DNA of 64,000 nt from Candidatus Woesearchaeota archaeon (GCA_964428325.1 CAYRXU010000001.1:42842-106841); one strand, 5' to 3'. Shown: positions 10,348 to 22,675, counted from the first letter of the stretch. A program made the numbers and translations. The notes: generated by a model not told the origin, from the letters alone.

Positions 10348-10412
10348 ATCAAAACATCACAAACCTTAAATAGACTGCAACGCAAGAATAGATATCTTAA
10401 GAGGATCTTACT

Positions 10413-11138
10413 ATGGAAATTCCTACTGAAATGCAGCATCAAGCTATGGGCTATGACCGTGCGGCAACTATGTTCTCGCCCGACGGACATTTGCTCCAGG
10501 TAGAGTATGCTGAAAAAACTGTTAAGCTTGGAAGCACAAGCATCGGGTTTGCCTGCAAGGAAGGCGTCGTTATTGTTTCTGATAGAAGAATTCGCGATAA
10601 GTTGATTGCTGCTGAGTCTGTTAACAAGATTTTCGAAGTTGATGAGCATGTGATTGCAACTGCAGCAGGTATTTTGTCTGATGCGCGAATGCTTGTTGAT
10701 GAAGCTCAGGTCGTTGCGCAGCAACATCGCGTAACTTATGGTTCTCCTATTGAGCCGCTTAATGTGATTCGCATGATTGCCGATAAGAAGCAGATGTTCA
10801 CGCAATATGGCGGCTCGAGACCATTTGGCGTTGCCGTTATGATTGCAGGTACTAACAAAGGGAGATCGCACCTTTACACGTCTGATGTTACAGGCAACTT
10901 CTTTGCTTTCCGAGCTAATGCTATCGGAGAGAATGATGAGCAGATCAAGGAAATTTTGAGAAGCGAGTTTAAGGATGATATGACTATTGATGAGTGCATC
11001 AAGTTTGCCATGGGCATCTTCAAGAAGTTCATGAACAAGAACTTTGAGGTTGAGCGTTTTGACGTGGCTTATGTTCCAAAAGCAACTGGAAAGCTTGTGC
11101 GCATTCACGGCGATGCTTTGAAGAAGTTCGCGAAGTAA
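10413..11138 (+). CDS. psmA: Proteasome alpha subunit
   Basis: N-terminal GYDRAATMFSPDGHLLQVEYA signature. 241 aa. Confidence 0.9.
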   Translation: MEIPTEMQHQAMGYDRAATMFSPDGHLLQVEYAEKTVKLGSTSIGFACKEGVVIVSDRRIRDKLIAAESVNKIFEVDEHVIATAAGILSDARMLVDEAQVVAQQHRVTYGSPIEPLNVIRMIADKKQMFTQYGGSRPFGVAVMIAGTNKGRSHLYTSDVTGNFFAFRANAIGENDEQIKEILRSEFKDDMTIDECIKFAMGIFKKFMNKNFEVERFDVAYVPKATGKLVRIHGDALKKFAK

Positions 11139-11174
11139 CGACATCTTTATATAGAACTCTTTTGAATTCTTGAT

Positions 11175-11849
11175 ATGACTATTGTTATGGCAAAACTTAA
11201 GGTCAAGAACAAGACTTTTGAGATATCGGTTGATTTTGAAGAGGCGATGAAGGTGCGATCTGGAGCGGAAGACATTATCCGCGCTCTTAATTCGAACAGT
11301 ATTTTCTATAATGCTAAAGAAGGAAGCGTTGCATCTAAAGCCGACTTAATGGAAGCTTTTGCTTCAACTGAACCTTATGCTATTGCTAAGACGATCATTA
11401 TGAAGGGCGAGTTGCAGAAGCCACAGGAATTCAGAGACGCTGAAAGAGAGAACAAGATTAAGCAAGTCATGTCTTTGCTTTTGCGCAATGCTGTCGATCA
11501 ACATGGAAGACCTTACACTGAAGATCGTCTAAAGAGAGCTATTCAGGAAGTACATTTCAACTTTGACAATAGACCTGCTGATAGACAGATGCCAGAGTTG
11601 CTTGAGAAGTTGAAGACAGTTATTCCTATTCGTGTTGAGACTAAGAGAATTAAGCTCATTATCCCTGCACGATTCTCAGGACAGGTTTATGGTTTGCTAA
11701 AGGATTACAAAGAAAGCGAAGACTGGCTTGGCAATGGTGACCTTCAAGCAATCATGAATATTCCTGCAGGTATGCAGCTTGATTTCTATGAGAAGCTCAA
11801 CAATGTAACGCATGGTGCTGTTGTAAGCGAGGAACTTGCAGAAAAATAA
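11175..11849 (+). CDS. sdo1: SBDS/Sdo1 ribosome maturation protein
   Basis: N-terminal FYSH domain pattern (KLKVKNKTFEISVDFEEAMKVRSG...), 224 aa, in the conserved operon position. Confidence 0.7.
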   Translation: MTIVMAKLKVKNKTFEISVDFEEAMKVRSGAEDIIRALNSNSIFYNAKEGSVASKADLMEAFASTEPYAIAKTIIMKGELQKPQEFRDAERENKIKQVMSLLLRNAVDQHGRPYTEDRLKRAIQEVHFNFDNRPADRQMPELLEKLKTVIPIRVETKRIKLIIPARFSGQVYGLLKDYKESEDWLGNGDLQAIMNIPAGMQLDFYEKLNNVTHGAVVSEELAEK

Positions 11850-12081
11850 TATGTTGCCCCCTACATATAGACCGATAAAAAGAGAATATAGTGGAGAGGG
11901 TCCAACTCCCGAACAAGTTAGGAGAGCTTTACAATTGGCACGAGATCCTAATAGAGTTCCTGCCAGGCATATCCCCTCGGTTGATTTTCAGGCCGCAGCT
12001 CAACCTCTTCTTGATCACCTTGCAGATTGCCAGAGAATTACTGCTGAAGATTTAGCAATGCGAATTGATTATAAAGACTAA
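11836..12081 (+). CDS. Hypothetical small protein
   Basis: 81 aa ORF between SBDS and Rrp4 with no recognisable motifs. It may not be expressed. Confidence 0.2.
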   Translation: MQKNNMLPPTYRPIKREYSGEGPTPEQVRRALQLARDPNRVPARHIPSVDFQAAAQPLLDHLADCQRITAEDLAMRIDYKD

Positions 12082-12139
12082 ACGAAATCTTTAAAAAGCA
12101 CTGGTTACAACTGAAAGAGTCGTTATACAGAAAAATCAT

Positions 12140-12880
12140 TTGATTATTCTGTCTCGAATGCCAATGAAACGAGCAACTGAGACATCGCAGGAAACTGCAA
12201 ACACTAAATCTGAAGAAACACCTAGTAAGCGAAGAGCCGTTGTACCTGGCGAGATTGTTGTTTCTGGAGAAGACTATTTACCTGGAGAAGGTGTTCGACG
12301 CGATGGCGATAATGTTGTAGCTATTAGATTTGGCATGGCTGAAGTTATTGGTCATGTTGTGAAAGTAATACCTGTTTCAGGAGCATTCGTTCCACGACGT
12401 AATAACACAGTTCTTGGTCGCGTAAAGGACATTTCATTCAATGGATGGATTGTTGATATTGATGCTGCTGGAAATGCATTCTTGCCTATTGCTGAATCGC
12501 CGCGCTTCGTGAACCAACATGAAATGGACCAGTTCCTTGCTATCGGAGACGTTATTTCTGCTAAGATTTGGAGCATCAAGGGCAAGGGTATTGACTTGAT
12601 GATCAATGGAAACGGCCTTGGTAAGCTTGAAGGCGGTTATATGTTCAAAGTTAGCGCTACACGCGTTCCACGCATCATTGGACGCGAGGGAAGTATGATT
12701 ATGTTGATTAAGGAGCATACAGGTTGTTCTGTTGCTGCTGGTCAAAACGGATGGGTCTGGGTGCACGGACCTTCTGTTGAAGCTATGTTCCGAGCGCGAA
12801 AGGCTATTGAGTACATTGCTGAGAACGTTCACATTTCTGGATTGACAGATCACATGGAGGAGTGGTTCACTAAGAATTAA
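12140..12880 (+). CDS. rrp4: Exosome RNA-binding subunit Rrp4 (S1 + KH)
   Basis: N-terminal domain GEIVVSGEDYLPGEG, then S1 and a C-terminal KH (GREGSMIMLIKEHTG). 246 aa. Confidence 0.8.
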   Translation: MIILSRMPMKRATETSQETANTKSEETPSKRRAVVPGEIVVSGEDYLPGEGVRRDGDNVVAIRFGMAEVIGHVVKVIPVSGAFVPRRNNTVLGRVKDISFNGWIVDIDAAGNAFLPIAESPRFVNQHEMDQFLAIGDVISAKIWSIKGKGIDLMINGNGLGKLEGGYMFKVSATRVPRIIGREGSMIMLIKEHTGCSVAAGQNGWVWVHGPSVEAMFRARKAIEYIAENVHISGLTDHMEEWFTKN

Positions 12881-12881
12881 C

Positions 12882-13580
12882 ATGACATTCAAGAGACACG
12901 ACGGACGAAAGATGGATGAAATGCGACCAATGACAGCTAAAGTTGGAGTTATTCCAAACGCTGATGGAAGCGCAAGTTTTGCATTTGGCGACACCGTTGC
13001 TATTGCTGCGGTTTACGGACCACGACAGCTACACCCGCAGCACATGCAGAACCCTGCTACAGGTATTCTACGAGTGAATTACGATCTTTTGAGCTTCTCT
13101 GTATATGATAGAAAGAAGCCAGGTCCATCTCGAAGAAGCCAGGAAATCTCCAAAGTTATTGAATGGTCGTTGCTTCCTGTTTTGGAGTTGAAGGAGTTCC
13201 CCAACACAGTTATTGACGTGCAAGTTTACATTCCACAGGCAGACGCAAGTACACGTGTTGCCGCTATTAACGCGGCTGCTCTGGCGTTGGCACATGCAGG
13301 AATACCGATGAAGGATTTGGTTTCAGCAGTATCTGTTGGTAAGCTTGACAAAGACCTTGTTGTTGATGTTGACAAGGAAGAGGAAGACTTCCATGAGGGT
13401 GAAGGGCCAACCGACTTCCCTATGGCTAAGATTGCTAACAGAAACGAGTTTACGTTGTTGCAGATGGATGGAAAGATCCAGCCAGAGCTTGTGAAGAAAG
13501 CCATTGCAATGGGTCAGAAGGCATGTAACGAAATTTATGAAGTTCAGCAGAAAGCCCTTAAGGAGGTAATTTCCCAATGA
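12882..13580 (+). CDS. rrp41: Exosome catalytic subunit Rrp41 (RNase PH-like)
   Basis: RNase PH domain (DGRKMDEMRPMTAKVGVIPNADGSASFAFGDT). The start is 2 nt after the rrp4 stop. Confidence 0.85.
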   Translation: MTFKRHDGRKMDEMRPMTAKVGVIPNADGSASFAFGDTVAIAAVYGPRQLHPQHMQNPATGILRVNYDLLSFSVYDRKKPGPSRRSQEISKVIEWSLLPVLELKEFPNTVIDVQVYIPQADASTRVAAINAAALALAHAGIPMKDLVSAVSVGKLDKDLVVDVDKEEEDFHEGEGPTDFPMAKIANRNEFTLLQMDGKIQPELVKKAIAMGQKACNEIYEVQQKALKEVISQ

Positions 13581-14395
13581 CAGGAATGGAAGTAAGCAAT
13601 GTAACTAAGCAATTCTTCAAGAAAGCTTTTGCTGAAGACAAGCGATACGATGGTCGAAAGTTGCTTGATTTGAACAAAGTTGATATTGAATATGGCGTCT
13701 CTAACAAGGCAGAAGGAAGCGCTCGTGTAAGACTTGGCAAGACTGAAGTTATTGCTGGAGTAAAGCTTGCTATTGGTACACCTTACCCTGATTCAAAGGA
13801 CAAAGGAAATCTTGTTGTTTCTGGAGATTTACTACCGTTGGCTTCACCACGGTTTGATCTTGGACCTCCAGGATTTGATGGTATTGAAGTTCCACGCCTT
13901 GTGGACAGAATGATTCGTGAGTCTGGTATGATTGATTTCAAGAAGCTCTGTATCAAAGAAGGCGAGAAAGTATGGACCTTGTATGTTGACATCTATCCTA
14001 TTAACGACGATGGTTCACTTGTTGATGCTGCAGGTATTGCTGCTGTTGCTGCTTTGAAAAATACTATTATTCCTGCTATTGACAAAGATGGCGCCATAGA
14101 TTACGATAAAGAGTCTAAGGAGAAGTTACCTTTGTCAAAAGAGACTGTCCCGCTTTCGCTAACTTTCTACAAACTTGGCAAGAGCATCCTTTTGCATCCA
14201 ACAAGAGAAGAGCAGGAAGCTTGCGACACTAAGGTTACATTTGGCGGATCTCACTGGAACGGTCAGCTTATGATTAACTCATGTCAGAAGGGATGGGAAA
14301 CAACTTTCACTGCAGATGAGATTAATCACATCGTGGACGTCTTCCCTAAGAAATACGAAGAGTTATATAAGCACATTTCTAAGGAGCTTAAATGA
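13577..14395 (+). CDS. rrp42: Exosome subunit Rrp42 (RNase PH-like, inactive)
   Basis: RNase PH-like sequence ([19 protein letters not shown]...[17 protein letters not shown]). The start overlaps the rrp41 stop. Confidence 0.8.
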   Translation: MTGMEVSNVTKQFFKKAFAEDKRYDGRKLLDLNKVDIEYGVSNKAEGSARVRLGKTEVIAGVKLAIGTPYPDSKDKGNLVVSGDLLPLASPRFDLGPPGFDGIEVPRLVDRMIRESGMIDFKKLCIKEGEKVWTLYVDIYPINDDGSLVDAAGIAAVAALKNTIIPAIDKDGAIDYDKESKEKLPLSKETVPLSLTFYKLGKSILLHPTREEQEACDTKVTFGGSHWNGQLMINSCQKGWETTFTADEINHIVDVFPKKYEELYKHISKELK

Positions 14396-14778
14396 CAGCT
14401 AAACTACACGAGACATTCACAAAGTACGAGATTGCACGTATCATAGGAGCACGAGCATTACAGATTGCTATGGATGCGCCTGTTCTGCTTAAAATTACCA
14501 AAGAAGAGTTGAACGCGATGCGCTTCGACCCATTGAAGATTGCTGAACGAGAATTTGAAGGAGATGTGTTGCCTATTAGCGTTTACAGACCTCTGCCAAA
14601 GAAGAGAATTGGTAAGTTGCTTGAACTTCGTGAGGAAAAGATCGATGATGAGAAAATTATTGCTAAAGAGAAAGAAATTGAAGAAGAAATGAGTGAAAAG
14701 GCTCTTGAGCAGGGTTTCGCTGAAGAAGACGACACAGATGCTGTTCAGGAAGAATCTTCTGGTGAAGAAGAGCAATAA
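14392..14778 (+). CDS. rpoK: RNA polymerase subunit K/Rpo6 with acidic C-terminal extension
   Basis: [23 protein letters not shown] matches the Rpo6/RpoK core. The C-terminal roughly 60 aa are Glu/Asp-rich. Confidence 0.65.
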   Translation: MTAKLHETFTKYEIARIIGARALQIAMDAPVLLKITKEELNAMRFDPLKIAEREFEGDVLPISVYRPLPKKRIGKLLELREEKIDDEKIIAKEKEIEEEMSEKALEQGFAEEDDTDAVQEESSGEEEQ

Positions 14779-14810
14779 AGATTTATTAATCGCTTTCTGT
14801 TTTAGTTACT

Positions 14811-15950
14811 ATGTTGATTAAAGAGGTTAGTGCGCGCATCATTAAGGATTCGCGTGGTGAAAAAACGATTGAAGTTTGTGTTAATGGCGCTTCCGCTGCT
14901 AGTTCACCCTCGGGAAAATCTACGGGAAAATATGAGACGAAACCTTACTACAAAGATTTGAAATTTTGCGTTGATTTTCTGAATAATTGGAACGAGATGT
15001 TGCAGATACGGAAGTTTGATGATCTGATTCTTGTTGAAGACGTGATTAAGAAGAAACTGAAGATAAAAGAAGCGCGATTTTTTGGAGGCAATGCATTGTT
15101 TGCATTTGAGAGCGCCATATTGAAGGCGCTTGCTAGCGATAATGGAGTTGAATTGTGGCAAGTCGTTAATTCTCGTGCGAAGAAATTCCCGCGACCTGTT
15201 GGAAATGCTATCGGCGGGGGGCTACACACAAAGGCGAAAGTAAAGCCTGCATTCCAAGAGTTTCTGCTGATACCTCATGAAAAAACATTCAAAGCGAATG
15301 TTGAGATGATGCAGATGATTTATCGGTCTATTGGCACTCAGCTAGGTGCGAAAGATATCAATGATGAGGGAGCTCACGTTGCAGAGATTAACGACGAAGA
15401 AGCCCTCAAGATGCTTTCTGAATATAGCAAACAGATCGACATGGGAACAGACATGGCTGCCTCGAGTTTCTTTGAGAAGAATGTTTATGATTATGGCAAA
15501 GTTGATAGAACGCGGCCTGCACAAGCAGAACATGTTTGGAAGCTTGTGAAAGATTATGGCGTCTTTTATGTTGAAGATCCTATGCAAGAAGAAGATTTCT
15601 CGGGTTTTGCGAATGTGAAGAAGAATTGTCGCGAAGCTATGGTCGTTGGGGACGATTTGACTGCAACACACATGGACAGACTTCAGCGAGCGATAAAAGA
15701 ACGTTCAATATCCGGAATGATCGTTAAGCCGAATCAGAATGGCTCTCTGCTTGAAGTGCGGGACATTATGGAATTCTGTAAGAAACATAAGATAAAGACA
15801 GTTATGTCGCATCGGTCTGGAGAAACCATGGATGATGCTCTTGCCGATTATGCGTTTGCATTTGGAGCGGATTTCATCAAATGCGGCATTGCAACACCTT
15901 GGAGAGAATGTAAGCTGAAGAGAATGATTGAGATTGAACAGCAGATTTAA
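14811..15950 (+). CDS. eno: Enolase (short form, 379 aa)
   Basis: N-terminal ARIIKDSRGEKTIEV, and catalytic motifs VGDDLTATH, IVKPNQNGSLLE and SHRSGETMDD. It sits in the conserved rpoK–eno–rps2 position. Confidence 0.75.
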   Translation: MLIKEVSARIIKDSRGEKTIEVCVNGASAASSPSGKSTGKYETKPYYKDLKFCVDFLNNWNEMLQIRKFDDLILVEDVIKKKLKIKEARFFGGNALFAFESAILKALASDNGVELWQVVNSRAKKFPRPVGNAIGGGLHTKAKVKPAFQEFLLIPHEKTFKANVEMMQMIYRSIGTQLGAKDINDEGAHVAEINDEEALKMLSEYSKQIDMGTDMAASSFFEKNVYDYGKVDRTRPAQAEHVWKLVKDYGVFYVEDPMQEEDFSGFANVKKNCREAMVVGDDLTATHMDRLQRAIKERSISGMIVKPNQNGSLLEVRDIMEFCKKHKIKTVMSHRSGETMDDALADYAFAFGADFIKCGIATPWRECKLKRMIEIEQQI

Positions 15951-16039
15951 AAACCCCTCAAACTAGGAGTTTTCAACATAGCAGGTACAGGCTGAAACAA
16001 ACCCTGATCAACCCCTGCGCTTGTTATTTACACATTACA

Positions 16040-16954
16040 ATGGCAAAAACCAAGAAAGACGAAGTTGACGCAATCGAGTCAGCAGTTGCTAAGGCAGCTA
16101 AGGAAGTTAAAGATAAAGTTGAAGAAGTTGTTGAAGATATTGTTGGCGATGTTAAGGATCTAGCTGACGAAACAACGGGCGCTAAGAAGAGTTCTAAGAA
16201 AGCTGCAAAGACAGACTCTGATGATAAGAAAGCTAAGCTTGATGCACTGAAAGAGAAGCTCAAAGAAAAGCTGAAGGGAATGGAGAAGAAGGTCAGCGGC
16301 GATGATAAGATCACGCTCAAGGAAAAAGTTACTGGAGAGAAAGAAGAGAAGAAAGAGATGCTTGTTCCTATTGAAGATTACTTGAAGTCAAGTATCCATC
16401 TTGGAACACGAGTTATTACACCTGATATGAGAAAGTACGTTTACAGACGACGTGCAGACGGACTTGCTGTATTCAACACATCACTACTTGACGATAAGAT
16501 GCGCGAAGCTGTTGATTATCTTGCTCAATTTGACCCTAAGGACATGATTGTTGTTTGCAAGAGAGAAGCTGGCTGGAAGGCAGTTAATGTTTTTGCTGAG
16601 ACACTTGGTATCCGAGCTTTCACTAAGAAATATCCTGCTGGAGTGCTAACGAACACAAATCTAGAGAACTTCTTCGAAACGGATTTAGTTTTTATTTGCG
16701 ACCCATGGCTTGACAAGAATGCAGTTTCAGATGCAAACCGTGTTAAGTTGAATGTTATGAGCATCTGTGACACAAACAATTTCACTGCGGGTATTGATTT
16801 TGTTCTCCCAGGTAATAACAAGAGTTGGAAGAGTTTGGGAATGGTATTTTACCTTTTGACAAAGGGATATATTGAAAAGAAGAAGTTGGACATCGAAGTT
16901 CCTCCAATCCAGAAGTTCATTGAAGGCTGGGATGCCTTGCAGCCACCTGCTTAA
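16040..16954 (+). CDS. rps2: Ribosomal protein uS2 with roughly 105 aa Lys/Glu-rich N-terminal extension
   Basis: The uS2 core starts at MLVPIEDYLKSSIHLGTRV (internal Met at nt 16358). The upstream in-frame low-complexity K/E/D-rich region has no stop. Confidence 0.8.
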   Translation: MAKTKKDEVDAIESAVAKAAKEVKDKVEEVVEDIVGDVKDLADETTGAKKSSKKAAKTDSDDKKAKLDALKEKLKEKLKGMEKKVSGDDKITLKEKVTGEKEEKKEMLVPIEDYLKSSIHLGTRVITPDMRKYVYRRRADGLAVFNTSLLDDKMREAVDYLAQFDPKDMIVVCKREAGWKAVNVFAETLGIRAFTKKYPAGVLTNTNLENFFETDLVFICDPWLDKNAVSDANRVKLNVMSICDTNNFTAGIDFVLPGNNKSWKSLGMVFYLLTKGYIEKKKLDIEVPPIQKFIEGWDALQPPA

Positions 16955-17010
16955 AGATAGTTATCTGAACGCCAGGATATTTTTATAAACTTCATTTATT
17001 CATTCTAGTC

Positions 17011-17316
17011 ATGAGCATCACAAAAACAAAATTCAAAGGTAACATAAAGATAAGAGGTCGGCCGCGTGAGCAAGCACGTGCTGAGATTATGTTGATGAAG
17101 CAACGTGAAGCATATGAAGGAAGACATCGAAGAAGACTATTTTTCACATTTCTTGATATCGTCGCTGTTGTCGCATTTCTAGGAGGGCTATATTCAATTT
17201 ACAAAGGTTCTATAATGAACGGTCTGCTTATGATAGCCGTTGGTGTAATTATCATAAGTTATTTTCTGATACGAAAGATTTCTAAAAATAAGACGCCAAA
17301 GAAAAATAATCAATAA
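17011..17316 (+). CDS. Hypothetical small membrane protein
   Basis: 101 aa. Basic N-terminus followed by two hydrophobic helices. Confidence 0.3.
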   Translation: MSITKTKFKGNIKIRGRPREQARAEIMLMKQREAYEGRHRRRLFFTFLDIVAVVAFLGGLYSIYKGSIMNGLLMIAVGVIIISYFLIRKISKNKTPKKNNQ

Positions 17317-17345
17317 ATTTCTCAACCCTGCTTTCCGACGCAAGG

Positions 17346-17353
17346 TTTAAATA
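17346..17353 (+). promoter_or_regulatory. Candidate archaeal TATA box (TTTAAATA) for the rRNA operon
   Basis: A TTTAAATA octamer about 280 nt upstream of the 16S 5' end, in a non-coding leader. Confidence 0.3.
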
Positions 17354-17456
17354 GTCCTCGAGCGGACAAAACATTACCTAAGATGTTAATCGTGATGAGT
17401 GCCTTAGTGACGCGTTGCGCGACGGTTTTGTCGACGGACGTATGCTATGGTATGAT

Positions 17457-17474
17457 GTATGCATAATACTACGT
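17457..17474. repeat. 16S processing-stem inverted repeat (upstream arm)
   Basis: GTATGCATAATACTACGT at 17457–17474 is the exact reverse complement of 19102–19119, which flanks the 16S gene. Confidence 0.7.
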
Positions 17475-17628
17475 TGTAATATTTTTCTGTGACCGTCAAT
17501 AAATTATTCATCACAATTTAACAATCATTATTGGAGGTTGTGTGTTCAGGATAGTAGATTAGCGGACTCTTCCGTGATATCTCCATCGTGTTAGATACGA
17601 TGTTTCCTAGATATGAAAATCATATTCT

Positions 17629-19065
<1,437 letters not shown>

Positions 19066-19101
19066 AAATTAAACATAGACGGAACATAGATCATATTCAA
19101 G

Positions 19102-19119
19102 ACGTAGTATTATGCATAC
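19102..19119. repeat. 16S processing-stem inverted repeat (downstream arm)
   Basis: Reverse complement of 17457–17474, a perfect 18 bp match. Confidence 0.7.
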
Positions 19120-19211
19120 GCACGATTAACGTCCCTAGGGACATGAATCGCATCCAACGGATGCGAGGATAGACATCAAGGATTAAAATCCGACAAGACG
19201 AAAGCTGTCAA

Positions 19212-19282
19212 GGGCCCATAGTCTAGTGGTAAAACACTCCGCTTGCACCGGTGAGTCCCGTGTTCGATTCACGGTGGGTCCA
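19212..19282 (+). tRNA. tRNA-Ala(TGC) in 16S–23S spacer
   Basis: 7 bp acceptor stem GGGCCCA/TGGGTCC, T-arm CCGTG-TTCGATT-CACGG, anticodon loop CTTGCAC. The spacer tRNA-Ala is typical of archaeal rRNA operons. Confidence 0.7.
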
Positions 19283-19469
19283 CTCTTTACAGTCGATTTT
19301 AATCATCACTTTCATAGTCACCTTTCATTAGGATGATCGCAAACCAAGCGATAATGGTAGCATCTTCGGATGCAGTGGTGTACGAGCGATGCGCCGTATA
19401 TCATGTAGAGAATTCCCCTGATAGACCAGGGAGTTTGGGCAAGCGAGCCCAGACAGTCATATTCAATGA

Positions 19470-19486
19470 CGCGCGTACGCAGGCAA
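19470..19486. repeat. 23S processing-stem inverted repeat (upstream arm)
   Basis: CGCGCGTACGCAGGCAA is the exact reverse complement of 22973–22989. Confidence 0.7.
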
Positions 19487-21407
19487 GATATCCATAGGAT
19501 AATATTAATGACAATTCTTTTAGAATTGTCGTCTTACATACTAATTGATGGATAGCTAGGCTCAGGTTGTGACGAAGGACGTGGCAAGCTGCGATAAGCC
19601 TGGGGGAGCTGCATGCGAGCTTTGAACCCAGGATCTCCGAATGTGAGAACGTTCCTCTTAGAGGAATGCCGAGAGGCAAATACACGCCGGGAATTGAAAC
19701 ATCTTAGTACCGGCAGGAATAGAAAACAACCGTGATTCCCTGATTAGCAGCGAGCGAAAGGGGAGAAGGGCAAACTGAATCTCCGTTTGAAAAGACGGCA
19801 GAGATGTGGTGGTGCTGAGGCTTCGGTTTGGAATCGAAGTTCGCTGGAACGCGGCGTCTTAGAGGGTGATAGCCCCGTAGATGAACATACCATGCCGTGC
19901 ACCGAACGAATAGGGCTCCCTAGAATGGAAGTCCGAATACAGCGGGATTAACCGCTAACCCTAAATATTGACCTGAGTCCGATAGTGAACGAGTACCGCG
20001 AGGGAAAGCTGAAAAGTACTCTTAACCGAGGGTTAAAAGACTTGAAATCAATTAGTTACATGATGGTTACTGCATTACGGTGTTGTAACGTACGTGTTGA
20101 AAAATGGGCCAGGGAGTTTTCTCATGTGGCGAGGTTAACGCAAGGAAGCCGTAGCGAAAGCGAGTCTGAAAAGGCGCGAGTCACGTGAGGCAGACCCGAA
20201 GCCGGTCGATCTATTCGTGGCCAGGACGAAGTTCTCCGAAAGGAGAATGGAGGTCCGAACCAGTGATGTGTACAAGCTCTTGGATGAGCCACGATTAGGG
20301 GTGAAAAGCCTATCTAGTCCGGCGATGGCTGGTTCCTGCTGAATTATGCCTCAGTATAGCCTCCATGTGTTTGTCGACGGGGTAAAGTACGGATGAAGTT
20401 TGCAGAGCCGAACGGCTACGAAACTTATTCCAACTCAGAACCTGTTGACTGCTTATATGGGGAGTGGGCGGCGGTGCGTAAGGTACCGTCGCGAGATCAG
20501 AACAAAGAAGACTGGGGTTAAGGTCCCAAAATATATGCTCAGTGTAACAAAAGGAGTCTTGAACCTAAGACAGCGGAGATGTAGGCTTAGAAGCAGCCAC
20601 CATTTAAAGAAAGCGTAACAGCTCATTCGTTGAGGTTCGAGGCCCTGAAGATGGACGGGGCTAAGCATATTACCGATACCCCAGAGGTACGCGCAAGCGT
20701 ATTCTGGTAAGCAGGCGTCTGTTCTGCGCAGAAGTCTTTCCGAGAGGAATGATGGAGCGGGACGGAATGAAAATCCTGGTGTTAGTAAGATCAGATTATC
20801 CTGAGAATGGATAGCGTCGAAAGAGCACGGTTTCCTCGGCACTATATGTTAACCGAGGGTTAGTCGGCACCTAAGTTTTCTCTTAACTGCAGAACGCGAA
20901 TGGAAATCAGGTTAATATTCCTGAACTCTGTGGGGAGCGTCGAACTATGTGTGCGCTTTGGGATATGCTGCATCTCGAGAGGGATGTGCTGCACGAAGAT
21001 GATGGATCGTCATGATAAGAAGTCATCGAATTGTAGCAAGCGATCAGTTGATTCCTAGAGCCCGTGAAACGTACATAGGGAGCGAGCCACGAGCCGTACC
21101 TAGAACTGACACTGGTGCTCAGGTTGAATAGACCAAGACGTGTAAGGTTAAACTGGCTTAGGGAATTCGGCATAATTAGCCCTGTAGCTTCGGTAGAAAG
21201 GGTGTCCATAGTTGTCCTTGATATTAGAGGGCAACGGTGGATCGCAGTGACAAGGACCGCCCGACTGTTTATCAAAAACGTAGCCGATTGCGAATCAGAA
21301 ATGATGTGTATAATCGGTGAGACCTGCCCAGTCGCGGTGTTTCAAACTTCCGTACAAGGGAGCTAAGACCCGTGAAACGGCGGGCCTAACTATGAGGCTC
21401 TTAAGGT

Positions 21408-21717
21408 TGAACTATTAAGAACTGCCTTACGGCACTCTACATTGAGTGACGCTTTAGGCCGCATAGAAAGGCGAAAATAAACAGGAACATTAAAGAAAAT
21501 CAAGCTATATGCTGGAACGTCCGAGTATTTTTGAATACTTGAAAAAGTAAAAATTTCAAAATGCGGATTATCAGCAGGAAAGACTTCTCTAAAGAAGAAT
21601 CCTCAGAGACTGAACGCTTGAACTACGAAAGTAGTAAGATACAGTCCGATCCTTATAGCGATATAAGGTGTCAAGAAAGAAATAGTGTCTAATAATTATT
21701 GACAGTAAAACTCATTG
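21408..21717 (+). other. 23S rRNA intron 1 (~310 nt, AT-rich, no ORF)
   Basis: The conserved ...CTTAAGGT|AGCGAAATTCCTTGTCG... sequence is interrupted. The exon resumes at AGCGTAATGCCTTGTCG. The insert has no long ORF. Confidence 0.6.
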
Positions 21718-22366
21718 AGCGTAATGCCTTGTCGTCTGAATGGCGACGTGCATGAATGGTTCAACGAGGTGGTCACTGTCCCGAGCCAGAACCTTCTGAA
21801 CCCACTTACCGGTGAAAATGCCGGTGTCGCCTAGTGGGAAGCGAAGACCTTGTAAACCTTTACTGCAACTTGTTGTTGTGGTATCGAGAGGGATGCATAG
21901 CGTAGGGAGGAGCATCGATGTCCGCGTTTTGGCGCGGGCGGAGCGCCCCTGTAACACTCCTCATTTCTCTCGGTACTGCTCACCCCTAACGGGGGACACC
22001 AGCAGGCGGGCAGTTTGGCTGGGGCGGCACCCTGCCGAAAAGATATCGGTAGGGCCTAATGACAAGCTCAGTCAGGTTGGAAATCTGACGTTGAGTGCGA
22101 AGGCAAATGCTTGTCTGACTGTATTCCAAACAGCACGGAATGCAGAGATGAAAGTCGGGCTTAGCGACCCCACGTAGCTTTTTAATAGGGCTCGTGTGTG
22201 ACAGAAAAGGTACTTCAAGGATAACAGGCTTGTCGCGCCCGATAGTCCATATTGACGGCGCGGTTTGGTACATCGCTGTCGGCTCTTCCTATCCTGGTGG
22301 TGCATAAGCCACCAAGGGTGTCGGAGTTCACGCATTAAAAGGGATCGTTAGCTGGGTTAAGAACGT

Positions 22367-22675
22367 AAACAATAAACTAACGAATCCAGACCAAATCGCA
22401 ACTATCAAAAATAGCGGCGTTGCACACTTGTGAAGGTGTGAAAAATTAAATCGACTCATATCGGTGAAGCCCTACCATCCAAAAGATGTTGGGTAACCCC
22501 GAGGGAAGTTCTGAAAAAGAACCCCGTAGAGACTTAAGATTTTCTTAACTGAATAGAGCCCGTCAAGCTCGAGAAATCTTGGATCCGGAATACCCGGATA
22601 AGACGTCGATCTCTCAGTAACATGAGATGAAGGTATAGTCCATACAACGCAAAGAAATAAGCGTTGAGTAATATA
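22367..22675 (+). other. 23S rRNA intron 2 (~309 nt, no ORF)
   Basis: The conserved GCTGGGTTAAGAACGT|CGTGAGACAGTT is interrupted. The exon resumes at CGCGAGACAGTTTG just upstream of the sarcin-ricin loop. Confidence 0.6.

Noticed and set aside
16024-16320. Minus-strand 98 aa ORF rich in Ser/Phe/Leu.
   Set aside because: It is the antisense of the Lys/Glu-rich uS2 N-terminal extension (AAG/GAA codons read as CTT/TTC).
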